Part shown: positions 20,176 to 29,534 of the stretch, piece by piece | How the letters are laid out: each line of letters starts with the position of its first letter | How positions within the stretch are numbered: the stretch's first letter is position 1 | IMG/VR virus record: IMGVR_UViG_3300032770_000015 | Coordinates: 24,563 to 88,562 of that record | Source of the DNA: a virus | Direction: 5' to 3' (one strand) | Length of the DNA: 64,000 nucleotides | Position numbers and translations under genes: made by a program | Notes under the pieces: model-generated | The model's input: only the letters and a program-made list of their open reading frames with translations | What the model was told of the DNA's origin: nothing | The model's database searches: none

Positions 20176-21816
20176 TTAAAAGCTTACGTTGCCTGCGTCG
20201 TTCGCCATCGTATACGTCTGCCGGACCTGGCGCACCCAATTCCAGTAGACCGCCGCGTCGCCCTTGTTCGGCGACCGCTTCCCGGGCAGGCGCTTGCGGA
20301 GCGCCTCCTTGGCCTCGACCTGAATCTTCTTGTCCGACGCAGGCCGCCACGTCGGGGTCGTCAGGTCGAGGATCAGCTCCTCGTCGTCGTCAATGATCAG
20401 GCGACCGTACTGCGCGTCGAGCCGGAAGAGCCAGTGCATCTGGGCGCGCAGGTTAAGAAACTGCTCGTCCTCGTTCTCCAGCACGCCGGGCTCGGCCAGC
20501 GCGCCGCCGATCAGCTTCTGCACGTCATACCCAAGCCGCACGAGCTCGTTCGCGCACCCGACGCCGACCCCGACGTAGTCGACCCCGACGTAGTCGGCGT
20601 CAATCCCGCGCGGGGCGATGTCCGTGATCGCCAGGGTCGCCCCGAGCACGTTGGCGTCCGGGCACCGGTCGGCCGGGACCTCGCAGAGGATCGCGCCGCG
20701 CCCGCGCGCGACCGCGGCGAGATCGCCGTTTTCCGAGTTCGCCACGTCCACGCCGAGCGCCAGCGCGCCGTCGAACGCATCGAATGGCGGCGGCAGCTTC
20801 AGGTCCGGGCGCACCAGCAGCTCCGCGAGCGACCGGATACCGAGCGCCCGGCAGAGCTCGCGCCCGCGATCCACGGCGGCGTCGAGCCAGGTCCGGTGGA
20901 TCAGCGCGTCGGACGCCTGCGCCGGGCTGACGCCCCGGATGCGCGAGAGGTACATCGGCGACCCTTCGCCGTACTTCTCGGTGCGCTGCCGGATGGACGG
21001 CAGCGACACGGCGCCGGGGATCAGCATCGGGTCGTCGCAGACCACGTTCGGGTGGTCCAGCGCGCTGATCCGCACGTGCGTGATCCCGGGTGACACACAG
21101 AACCGGTGGAGCGAGTCCTCGCGATGGTCCGGGTTCCCGAACGCCAGCCGCAGGTTGTGCGGCGCCACCGATGTCTGCTCGAAGGCGGCCATCACCGCGC
21201 CCTTGATCCCGGGCGTCTCCTCGGTGATGATCAGCATGTCCTTCTCGTGGAAGCCCGCGGCCTTCGTCGCCACGACCTCCTCGGCGACGACCCCGACCGG
21301 AAACCCCAGGGCCTTCCACTTCTCGCCGGGTGGCGCCATCTTCAGCGACAGGCTCGTCAGCTCGGCGGCCGGGCGGCGGCGCCGGAACCGGGGGAACATC
21401 GCGCCGAGCTCCTTCCAGATGTGGAGCTTCAGCTGATCTTCCTTCGGGGCCGCGGTCACGACGACCGAGTTGCGCCAGCAGTCGGTGAACCACAGGACCA
21501 GGGCGGCGCCGAGGAACGTCTTCCCCGTCCCGGTCGCCGACTCAACGCCGACGGACTTCCCCTCGGCGAGGGCGCGGCAGATCGCGGCTAGGGGATCGGG
21601 CGTCCCGTCCCACTTGTGCGTGGCGTAGGCGCCACCGAACTCGGACCACACGATGGTCCGGCGCGGGATGCCCAGCACGTCGGTCATCCACAGGATCGGG
21701 TCGGCCCGCCACGCACGCAGCTGGGGGTCGTCGTCCTGCATGATGTCGCGTTCGAGCCCGGTCAAGAACTCGGCCGTCAACCGGGCGAACAGCGTGGGGC
21801 CGAGCGCGTCGGTCAT
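20176..21816 (-). CDS. terL: Terminase large subunit
   Basis: Walker A SATGTGKT, Walker B LIITEET, coupling motif GNP, nuclease motifs LGVDVA and SPNKGDA. Confidence 0.92.
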   Translation of the reverse strand: MTDALGPTLFARLTAEFLTGLERDIMQDDDPQLRAWRADPILWMTDVLGIPRRTIVWSEFGGAYATHKWDGTPDPLAAICRALAEGKSVGVESATGTGKTFLGAALVLWFTDCWRNSVVVTAAPKEDQLKLHIWKELGAMFPRFRRRRPAAELTSLSLKMAPPGEKWKALGFPVGVVAEEVVATKAAGFHEKDMLIITEETPGIKGAVMAAFEQTSVAPHNLRLAFGNPDHREDSLHRFCVSPGITHVRISALDHPNVVCDDPMLIPGAVSLPSIRQRTEKYGEGSPMYLSRIRGVSPAQASDALIHRTWLDAAVDRGRELCRALGIRSLAELLVRPDLKLPPPFDAFDGALALGVDVANSENGDLAAVARGRGAILCEVPADRCPDANVLGATLAITDIAPRGIDADYVGVDYVGVGVGCANELVRLGYDVQKLIGGALAEPGVLENEDEQFLNLRAQMHWLFRLDAQYGRLIIDDDEELILDLTTPTWRPASDKKIQVEAKEALRKRLPGKRSPNKGDAAVYWNWVRQVRQTYTMANDAGNVSF

Positions 21817-21820
21817 CGCC

Positions 21821-21976
21821 CTACTTCATGTGCTTGAAGATCTCGATCTCGCGCACCCGCTTCGCGGCCTCGGCCTTCGACTCCGGCTTCGACAGCCGCT
21901 TCCCGGTGATGTGCGACACGACGACGAACTTCCCGCCGCCCGCCTTCTGCACGTACTTCGGGGTCTTTCCGGCCAC
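21821..21976 (-). CDS. Small basic protein, paralogue A (51 aa)
   Basis: Own translation MAGKTPKYVQKAGGGKFVVVSHITGKRLSKPESKAEAAKRVREIEIFKHMK, with GGGAGG RBS. Below ORF-track cutoff. Confidence 0.7.
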   Translation of the reverse strand: MAGKTPKYVQKAGGGKFVVVSHITGKRLSKPESKAEAAKRVREIEIFKHMK

Positions 21977-21977
21977 G

Positions 21978-22124
21978 CTACCTCCCGCGCGACTTCAGAT
22001 GCTTGAACAGCTCGATCTGGTTCAGGCGCGCCTGCGCCTTCTCCCGGGACAGCGGCTTCGACAGCCGCCGCCCGGTCTTCTCCGATACGACGACGAACTT
22101 CGACTTCCCGACGGGACGCAGCAT
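21978..22124 (-). CDS. Small basic protein, paralogue B (48 aa)
   Basis: Own translation MLRPVGKSKFVVVSEKTGRRLSKPLSREKAQARLNQIELFKHLKSRGR. TGATG overlap. Confidence 0.7.
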   Translation of the reverse strand: MLRPVGKSKFVVVSEKTGRRLSKPLSREKAQARLNQIELFKHLKSRGR

Positions 22125-22492
22125 CAGGACCTCACGGGGTACGATGCCCAGACCAGAGTCAGGCGCGCGGCGACGGCCCGGAGAAATGCGATCATCTGCG
22201 CCGCGGTGACCCCGGGCGCCAAGTTCGCGTCGAGCCAGGTCTTCCAGGACGTGACAAACGTCCGCTCATCCACGGTCGGCGGGCCAGGCCACGCCGCCGG
22301 ATCGTAGGTGATCGGCGGCACGGGCACAGCATATAGCTGGCGCAGCTTGTGCAGCACGTCGGACGCCTGCGCCAGCGTCAGGCGCATCGGGCCGATGTAC
22401 CCCGACACGAACAAATACGCCACGACCCACTGGACGTACAGCGGGTCGGGATCAGTGATCCAGTGGCGTGCCCAGGCCGGGAGACCGGCCAC
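22124..22492 (-). CDS. Hypothetical protein
   Basis: 122 aa, tightly packed in the operon. Confidence 0.55.
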   Translation of the reverse strand: MAGLPAWARHWITDPDPLYVQWVVAYLFVSGYIGPMRLTLAQASDVLHKLRQLYAVPVPPITYDPAAWPGPPTVDERTFVTSWKTWLDANLAPGVTAAQMIAFLRAVAARLTLVWASYPVRS

Positions 22493-22493
22493 C

Positions 22494-22835
22494 TTACGCC
22501 GTGGCCCCGGCCGGGAACCGAACGGCGAGCCGGGCGGCGACGGCGGTCAGCAGCTTTCCGATGTGCGGGCCGTCCACCGTCACCTTGTTCGCGGTCAGCT
22601 CAGCAGCGAGAAGCCCCTGCGTCGCCTCGGTCAGATCCTGGTCGTCCTGCCCCGAGTACGTCGGCGCGGTCCCGCCCTCGAGCGCGGCGAGCTTCGCCAG
22701 CGTCCCGTACTGCGTGATGACCGGCACGGCCTTTGCGATCAGCGGCGCGCCGATAGCGAGGTTCAGCGCAGCGACCAGGCCCTTGGCCAGGTCCGCAACG
22801 TCCAGGTCAACGAGCCCTTCAACGAATGTCGCCAC
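22494..22835 (-). CDS. Hypothetical protein
   Basis: GTG at 22835 after GAGGTG RBS (MATFVEGLVDLD...). Confidence 0.55.
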   Translation of the reverse strand: MATFVEGLVDLDVADLAKGLVAALNLAIGAPLIAKAVPVITQYGTLAKLAALEGGTAPTYSGQDDQDLTEATQGLLAAELTANKVTVDGPHIGKLLTAVAARLAVRFPAGATA

Positions 22836-22983
22836 GATCCACCTCACGGGGGGCAGGGTCCAGAGTAGTCGCGCCACCAGGCGCAGAACGGATAGGCAGT
22901 TTGTTCTTGAGATGACGAAACCACAACCCGGCCGCGACCGCCAGCGCGGCAAACCCGATCCCGACGAGCCAGGGGGTTGACAT
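22819..22983 (-). CDS. Small membrane protein
   Basis: MSTPWLVGIGFAALAVAAGLWF, single TM helix. TGATG overlap. Confidence 0.45.
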   Translation of the reverse strand: MSTPWLVGIGFAALAVAAGLWFRHLKNKLPIRSAPGGATTLDPAPREVDRGDIR

Positions 22984-23333
22984 CAGCGGCCCCCGACGGC
23001 CTGCACGTCGCGCAGCAGATCGGCGCACGGGAGCTGCGCGATGAGCTCGTCGGCCGGGGTCATCTTCGAGCAGCTGAGGCGCGCCATCCCGCGGATCAGC
23101 GGGACGACGGCCTCGACGGCGGTGACGCGCAGCTCGAGCGCCTGGTGCATCTTGATCGTCAGCGTGTCCGTCTTCTGCATCTCTGACAGCGTGGTCGCGG
23201 TCGCCGCCGTCGTGCCGGAATAGAACCGGCCGAACGCGAAGCCCGTACCCAGCGTGCCGAGGACGAACGCCGCGGCGACCATGAGCCAGCGCGGGATCGA
23301 CACTGCTTCCCAGACCCGACCGGGGACAGCCAT
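22983..23333 (-). CDS. Membrane protein (TM plus coiled coil; possibly lysis-related)
   Basis: WLMVAAAFVLGTLGTGFAF TM followed by a helical region. Start uncertain. Confidence 0.45.
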   Translation of the reverse strand: MAVPGRVWEAVSIPRWLMVAAAFVLGTLGTGFAFGRFYSGTTAATATTLSEMQKTDTLTIKMHQALELRVTAVEAVVPLIRGMARLSCSKMTPADELIAQLPCADLLRDVQAVGGR

Positions 23334-23380
23334 CGAAAGCCTCTGCGTCGGCGCAAACGGATCAGCGCCAGGTTGAAAGT

Positions 23381-23716
23381 TCACACGTGCGCGAGCACCC
23401 GACCAACGATGATGAGCCCGACCCCGGCGGCGATCCCGCAGGCCGCCTGGCCCACGTCGCGCCAGGACCAACCGTTGGGGTCCACGTACCGCTCGTAGAG
23501 CACCCGCAGCGTGGCGGCGACCACGGCGACCACGGCGAGCCAGGTCCGGAACCCGACGAACCTAAGGCAGCGCGCGGCGACGAGCGGAACCGTGACGACG
23601 ACGACCGCCACGAGCAGCGTGGCGAATCCCGACAGGATCTCGACCAGCCACGGGTTCCACCCGTAGTAGAACGTGACCCGCCGCCAGGCGGCGCGCACGG
23701 CGTCGAGGAGGCTCAC
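23381..23716 (-). CDS. Multi-pass membrane protein (holin-like candidate)
   Basis: Three hydrophobic stretches. GTGA overlap at 23713-23716. Confidence 0.45.
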   Translation of the reverse strand: MSLLDAVRAAWRRVTFYYGWNPWLVEILSGFATLLVAVVVVTVPLVAARCLRFVGFRTWLAVVAVVAATLRVLYERYVDPNGWSWRDVGQAACGIAAGVGLIIVGRVLAHV

Positions 23717-23970
23717 GTGGCGCCCGGCGCGCCGGGGCGCGCGGCGAACGGGTCGTGAGTCACGTCGGCCAGGTCGGGCACGACGGAATAGCCCTTCGTG
23801 TACGCCGCCGCGGTCCCGGGCTCGCCGAGCGGGAACGCGGGCGTCCCGTAGGCCGTCGTGAGCCCGTGGTCGCCGTCCGGCCGGGCGTGCGCCGCGAGCG
23901 GCGCCTGGCGGTTGTGCGCCGTCCCGGCCGCGTCGTGGGCCTCGGGGTCGGGGTGGTTGCCGAACGCCAT
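23713..23970 (-). CDS. Small protein of MAFGNHPDP family
   Basis: MAFGNHPDPEAHDAAGTAHNRQ..., with GAGG RBS and TGATG overlap. Confidence 0.7.
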   Translation of the reverse strand: MAFGNHPDPEAHDAAGTAHNRQAPLAAHARPDGDHGLTTAYGTPAFPLGEPGTAAAYTKGYSVVPDLADVTHDPFAARPGAPGAT

Positions 23971-24230
23971 CAGACGTTCCTCCACGACCCACGCTCGAGG
24001 TAGCCGTGGACGCTCTCGTAGTTGTGGCCGCCGAGCAGGATCGAGGGCGCCACCGTGATCGTACCGTCCTCGTGCTCCGTGACCGTGTGCAGCGACAAGA
24101 TACCCGCCCCCGCACCGGGGAAGTAGATGAACCAGCCCTCGGGCGCCTTCCAATAGCAGACGCGCGCGTCGTCCACGCCGCTGAAGTTTGCGACGCGGAG
24201 CGCCGGGCCTGCCGGGGCGAGGAGCGCCAC
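23970..24230 (-). CDS. Hypothetical protein (DUF6527-like)
   Basis: HTVTEHEDGTITVAPSI...HGYLERGSW pattern. Confidence 0.5.
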   Translation of the reverse strand: MALLAPAGPALRVANFSGVDDARVCYWKAPEGWFIYFPGAGAGILSLHTVTEHEDGTITVAPSILLGGHNYESVHGYLERGSWRNV

Positions 24231-24232
24231 GG

Positions 24233-24502
24233 TCAGCTCGCCGCGATCCGCGGGCCGCCGGGCACGGCGGCGTCGGGATCGAACTCCCCGGCGACGACGT
24301 TCCGGTTCGCGGCCGGGGCCGACGGCCCGGGGCCGAGCGCGACGGGCGATACGACCGGCGCGATGTGCTGCGACGGGTCGTTACCGGCCCCGGGCACCTG
24401 GTACTCGGTCGCCGCGGGGCGCCCCGGGACGAGCCCCTGCGTCCGGTGCGCGATCCCGGCGGCCGTGTGCGCCGCCGGGTCCGGGTGGTTGCCGAAGGCC
24501 AC
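24233..24502 (-). CDS. Small protein of MAFGNHPDP family
   Basis: GTG start, (M)AFGNHPDPAAHTAAGIAHRTQ... Confidence 0.7.
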   Translation of the reverse strand: MAFGNHPDPAAHTAAGIAHRTQGLVPGRPAATEYQVPGAGNDPSQHIAPVVSPVALGPGPSAPAANRNVVAGEFDPDAAVPGGPRIAAS

Positions 24503-24504
24503 GG

Positions 24505-24747
24505 TCAAAAGCCCTTCTTCTTCCCGGCCGTCGCCGCGTCGTGCTTCGCGGCCAGCATCGCGTTCATCGCGTGCCCGGCGACGTGCGGGCCGTGCGCGAC
24601 GTGCGCGGCGCCGACGTTCTTCACCTGGTCGGGGGTCAGCCCGGCCCCGGCGGCGGCGGCCTCGACGGTCTTCCGGGGGGTCGCGGGGTGGAACGCCTGC
24701 ACCTTCGCGGCGGCGGGGTGCGGGATACCGATGGGGCGGTGTGCCAT
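24505..24747 (-). CDS. Small His/Ala-rich protein
   Basis: 80 aa with GAGGA RBS. Confidence 0.6.
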   Translation of the reverse strand: MAHRPIGIPHPAAAKVQAFHPATPRKTVEAAAAGAGLTPDQVKNVGAAHVAHGPHVAGHAMNAMLAAKHDAATAGKKKGF

Positions 24748-24777
24748 GGCTACGGTCCTCGGTGCGTGGGTGACGGG

Positions 24778-25074
24778 TCAGTTGTTCTTGTATCCGGGGA
24801 AGTCGGGCGTCGGCCGCGGCCCCTGGCCCGGCTTCAGCTTCGGGTCCGGGGGCGGGTTCATCAGCGCGGCGTCGGATTCGCGCGCCCCGGCGACGGCCAG
24901 GGCCTCGGACCCGGCGGTGGCGCCCGGCACCTTCACGTCGCGGACGGCGTGCGCGCCCGGGACGAGGCTGTGCGCCTCGGGCGACGTGTCGCTGTCGGGG
25001 GCGAGCCGCTGCAGGTTGTGCGCGAGCCCCGCGGCGTCGTGCGCCGCCGGGTCGGGATGGTTGGCGAAGGCCAT
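24778..25074 (-). CDS. Small protein of MAFGNHPDP family
   Basis: MAFANHPDPAAHDAAGLAHNLQ..., with GAGGA RBS. Confidence 0.7.
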   Translation of the reverse strand: MAFANHPDPAAHDAAGLAHNLQRLAPDSDTSPEAHSLVPGAHAVRDVKVPGATAGSEALAVAGARESDAALMNPPPDPKLKPGQGPRPTPDFPGYKNN

Positions 25075-25092
25075 GGGCTCAGGGTCCTCGGG

Positions 25093-25293
25093 TCAGACGG
25101 TGATCTGCCGCTTGCCGGTGCCGCCGTGCACGTCCACGGTGCCGATCTTTCCGGCCAGGGCCGACGTGACGGCCGCGGGCGAGGCGAACACCTGCGCGTC
25201 CTTGACGTTCTCGCAGTAGTCGAGCGATCCGTCCGCCCGGATCGCCCGAACGTACGAGATGGTCCCGGTGTGGGCAAACGCTACGTTGGCCAC
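25093..25293 (-). CDS. Hypothetical protein
   Basis: 66 aa with GGAGG RBS. Confidence 0.6.
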   Translation of the reverse strand: MANVAFAHTGTISYVRAIRADGSLDYCENVKDAQVFASPAAVTSALAGKIGTVDVHGGTGKRQITV

Positions 25294-25308
25294 GGTCGTG
25301 CCTCCGCG

Positions 25309-25548
25309 TTACTCGGCGTCGCCGCCGGTCGTCGGGGTGCCCCCGAGGTAATCGCCGCAGGGGTCGTTCGTGTTCGGGTCCGACGCGTGCGACGTGCCCT
25401 GCGCCAGCGTCAGGTGCTTCGCCGCCGAGGCGAACGCCGCGCCCGGAACGCCGTGCTTCTTCGGGTCGGTCGCGTCGCCCCGCGGGCGGGGCTGCAGGCG
25501 GTGCGCTACGCCCGCGTCGGCCGCCGGGGTCCGGTTGCCAAACGCCAT
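25309..25548 (-). CDS. Small protein of MAFGNHPDP family (divergent); first gene of the late operon
   Basis: MAFGNRTPAADAGVAHRLQ..., with GAGG RBS. Confidence 0.65.
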   Translation of the reverse strand: MAFGNRTPAADAGVAHRLQPRPRGDATDPKKHGVPGAAFASAAKHLTLAQGTSHASDPNTNDPCGDYLGGTPTTGGDAE

Positions 25549-26023
25549 GGGGATACGCCTCAGATCGTTGCAGTAGGATTTTGCTACCGGGTTCAATCTA
25601 CGCTGGCCGCGCGGCCGCAGCGGTCTTCCGGGCCGGGTCGGACGCCCCAGCGCCGCAGGCGCCCACTTCGGTATCACGATACCGGGTCGGGGAACGGCGG
25701 GGGCGGGACCAGGGACCACGGGTCTACATGGTGTCGGCAAACCGGATTCCCGACCGGGGCGGTACCCTACGGGGTACCCCCGGCGGAAACGGTTGCCGCG
25801 GGATGCGTCTACGCGTGGAATCGAGACGTTTTCGTCACGTTAAGCACGTCTACCTGCATGGAGTTCTTGCCGTAGCCGCCGCCGGGCCGGAGCCGCCGGG
25901 GGGCGACGGCGTGCGGTCACTACGACGTGCGTAGACGCGCGGGGGCCACGCCTGGCGGCCGATCCGGGGCGCGGGCAGGCCGGGGCGTAGGTCCGTGGTC
26001 GTTCGCCCCGCGTACGTGAACCT

Positions 26024-28675
26024 CGTAACCCGTTCGGGCGCCGAGCGTTACATCGACTTAACGGTTCGGGAACCGTTCGGTCCGGGCGCCGGATGATTCC
26101 CGGTCGCACCTGATACCGGGTTGACGTAACGCGCGAACGTACGCCCGTAAAGCGTTACGGCGTAACGGGTTACAGAAACGACTGCATATAATATACGTTA
26201 CGTTAAGTAAGCCCGAATAGGCCGCAAGTGGCGTCGCGGCGCGGGTTTACGGCGTCGGCGCCCGGTCGCGGCGTGTTACGGGTTCGGCGCCCGATGACCT
26301 AGGACCACGCGGCGGCGCCGAAACCGGCCGACCCCGGCGCGGCGCGGTTCGCGCGCGGATCGTGACCAGGCGGCCTAGCGGCGGCGTCGTACCGTGACGC
26401 GTGCGACGTTCACGCAGACGACCCGATCCGGCGCTCTTCCGGGCGACCGGGCGGGCGCGCGGCGTCTCACACGTCTACGGGGGCGTCGTGTTTCAAGACG
26501 CAAGGCTGGGCAGAGTGGGCCAAAGCATCTTCCCGACCGCGAACCGGTCGAAGGGGCCTATAAGTGAAAGTCCTTCGTAGGGTCTTCGGCGTTATTGGGG
26601 CGATTCGCCCCACAACGTCGGCATTCCGCGGCACTGCGGCGATTCGCGACAGATGGCTATCGCATAATGCGTCACTGCGGCATTCTGCGACACGACTGTA
26701 AAGATTCACGACAGTGGGGCATTTCGCCCATGCAGCAATCGCATTTTGCGGCACTGTCGCCATAGCGCTCCGCTGCCGATCCGGCCGACCCGACCCGGGG
26801 CGTCGCCGACCGGGCGGCGCGGCCGCAAGCCTCTCCCATGTCCACGGGCGCGTCGAACCCGCCGGGCGGGGCGTACCCCGTAGGGGTACGACCCCTGGCC
26901 CGTACGGGTACGACCGACGCGCGCCCGAACCGTTAACCTATTCCCGATCCTATTCCCGTGGCGCGTCGCCGACCGCGTAACCCCGTGGTCCCTGGAGCTT
27001 TGCGCCGCGTCCCGCGTCCCGCCGCGACCGTCGCCGATCCGGCGCGGCTGCAACCTATTCCCGGCGGTCGCGGGCGCCGTTAACGGTAGCGCGGCCGACG
27101 GCGCCCCGGCGCCGTTTCCGGGCAGGCGCAACCGTTCCGTGGCGCGGCGGCGCCGTTTCCGGCCGTCGTCGCCCCGGAACCCTCGGCGCCCGGCCGACTC
27201 CCGCGCTGCTCCGGCCTGCCGCCCGAACCCCGTCCCGTCGGCCCGCGTCGCGTGGCCCCGGAACTGGTCGCCGCCCCCGTCCGCGTAGACGTGCGGAGAA
27301 GCGTGATCCCGCCGCGCCCGGCCCGAACGTAAAGTGGTCCGTCGTCGTCGGTTACTCCGCCCCGGACCGGTCGCCCGACCGAACGCCCGGGCGTCGGGGT
27401 CGGCGCGCCGCTCGCGTGAACCTCGCACGTGACCCTGTCGTTACAGTATCGTTACACGTTCGTTACATCGGGTCGGCCGGTCGCGGCACGGTTTTCGCGC
27501 GCCGCCAGAAGTGTAATCGTTTTGTAACGGAGAAATTTCCGTGCCAGGCCCGGGATTCGCACGCCGCCGCGGAATGCGGCGATGTAACGATCCGATTACA
27601 AGGCGACGAACGGGCCGCCGTGGCACGGTTTTTTACGACCCTTGCCGGTGACCCGGAGAAGCGTGCCCCGCGCGCTGCGTGAAACCGGCGGAAAGCCAGG
27701 CGCGGCGCGGGTTTCCGCGATTCACGCCGGGTCGGTCGGGCGGACGGCCGCGCGGTCTTCCGTTCGCACGTCTACGCGGAACGTCGCACGAACGCCCCCG
27801 GAAGTGGCGTCGCGGCGCCGTTTCCGGCACCCGGGCTCGTCGGTTTCGACCCCCGGCACGTCGCGGGGCCGGACCGGGCGTCGCGCCGGGGCGGAATGTA
27901 ACGATCCGGTTACATTCGGCCGGTCGGCGCCGCGTTGGCACGATTTTTCAAACGTGCTACGATGACCCGTACGCCCCGACCCGTCGCGGAACCGGTTTGT
28001 CGGTAAACCCGCGCCGCGTAACGGGTTACGCTACGTCGCCGGGGCGCGGCCGTATCCCGATAACCCCCACCCCCCGGCAAACGGGTCGTAACCCCGTACG
28101 CCGTAACGGTTTACGACCGGTCGCGAAGACGGCCCCCGTTTCCACGTCTACGGTCATCCTCGCACGCCGCATTTCGCCGGGGATCGGACCCGTCGGGTAT
28201 GGCCCGCCGCCCGATTCCCGACCTCGGCGCCCGGCGTTCGCCCGACCGGACCGGGCGCACGACCCCGGCCGACGCCCGCCCGGCGTCGCCGCCGCCCCGG
28301 GGCGGCCCGATCCGGCGGGGGCGCGGGTCCCGGGCAGCCCAGGTCGGAATTCGCGCGTTTATAGGAGAGGTCGTAACCGCGTACGCCGTAACGGTTTACG
28401 GGTGTGATCTCAAGGCCCCCGCCGCCGCGCCCCCGGGCGCCGAACGGCGCAAAACGGTCCCAAACGGCCGATCCGGAGGTGACACGTTTGCACGCGCGCG
28501 GAAGCGTCGTAACCCCGTGGGAATACGGAAGTTACGGCGTTTTCGTCGTGCGCCCATTTTTCCGGTCGCGCCGGACCGTCCAAAATGCCCCGGTTTCGGG
28601 ACCGCCCCCGCCGACCCGGTAGAATCGCGCGTATACTAGCACGACCCGTAACCCGTTACGCCGTCGCGCTTTACG
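26024..28675. repeat. Dispersed 29-bp imperfect palindromes CGTAA-N19-TTACG (about 9 copies)
   Basis: Copies at 26024-26052, 26146-26174, 26223-26251, 26976-27004, 28002-28030, 28087-28115, 28372-28400, 28508-28536, 28647-28675. Confidence 0.8.
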
Positions 28676-28695
28676 GATGTAATCGGATCGTTACA
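27583..28695. promoter_or_regulatory. Three 18-bp operator-like palindromes TGTAA-N8-TTACA
   Basis: 27583-27600 TGTAACGATCCGATTACA, 27897-27914 TGTAACGATCCGGTTACA, and 28678-28695, which is the exact reverse complement of the first. Confidence 0.65.
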
Positions 28696-29213
28696 CATCT
28701 ACGGCGACGGCGGCCCGGGATTCGCTACGTTTTCGGGTCGCGGACCCCGGAACGCGGCGCGACGCCGTACCGACCGGGAAAACCGCCGGGGGAACCGCCG
28801 GGCCCAGCGCGCCGCGACGATACCGGGAAGGCGAAGCCGGAACCCCCGAACGAACGAACCCGCGCGACGGACGACGGCGCGGGTCGGGTGAACGAAGCAC
28901 CGACGGGGATGGTCGGATTAACCGGAACCCCCGCCGCCGGACCCCCGACCCGTACTGGGGCGACACCGCCCCCATCGTCCGACTGGTCGTCGCGGGCCGC
29001 CCGCCCGGCGCGCCGGAACATCGGCCGCGAACCCGGGGCGAACGGGCGGGGGTTTTCCGCCGGGGGCCGTTCCCCGAACGCGGACGCGACCCGCCACCGT
29101 TCCAGCGCACGTCGTCCCGCCGGGGCGTCGAATCCCCGGCAGGACATTCGCAGAAACCCCGCCGACCGGTCCGGCCGCGCGGGGCGTATCCCCGAACCGA
29201 AAGGAACCGACCC

Positions 29214-29429
29214 GTGGTCCCGATCCGCCTCACGCTCGACCCGCTGGGCGCCGGGTACGTCGAACTCGTCGCCGTCGTGCATGACGCGACGTACGACGCC
29301 GACGTGCGCCGGACGATCCGCGTCTCGCTCGAATCCTTCGGCCCGTCGGCGACCGTCGTTGCCCTGCGGGACGCGAAAGGGAACCTGGTCACGGCCGCCG
29401 ACTGGGCGCTCTTCCCGTCGGTCGCATAA
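29214..29429 (+). CDS. Early hypothetical protein
   Basis: 71 aa with AAAGGA RBS, bounded by family A motifs. Confidence 0.7.
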   Translation: MVPIRLTLDPLGAGYVELVAVVHDATYDADVRRTIRVSLESFGPSATVVALRDAKGNLVTAADWALFPSVA

Positions 29430-29534
29430 CCCGTCGCCGCCCGGCGTCGAATCCGGGCGGCGTCATACGAACCGAACGCCCGCGCCGGACCGGCGCTGGG
29501 CGAGCCGAAACCCGAACCGAAAGGGACCGTCCGA

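Noticed and set aside
22819-23716. Definite lysis cassette
   Set aside because: Membrane proteins are present but no endolysin is recognisable in the window.
277-25500. Long plus-strand ORFs (e.g. 2706-4616, 11017-12654, 17814-19682), and similar antisense ORFs over 29-64 kb
   Set aside because: Shadow frames of real genes in high-GC DNA. No RBS and no motifs.
25581-29100. ORFs in the central region (e.g. 26706-27428, 27679-28407, 28585-29538)
   Set aside because: Arg/Pro/Gly-rich low-complexity translations with no RBS, overlapping palindromic motifs. Treated as non-coding.
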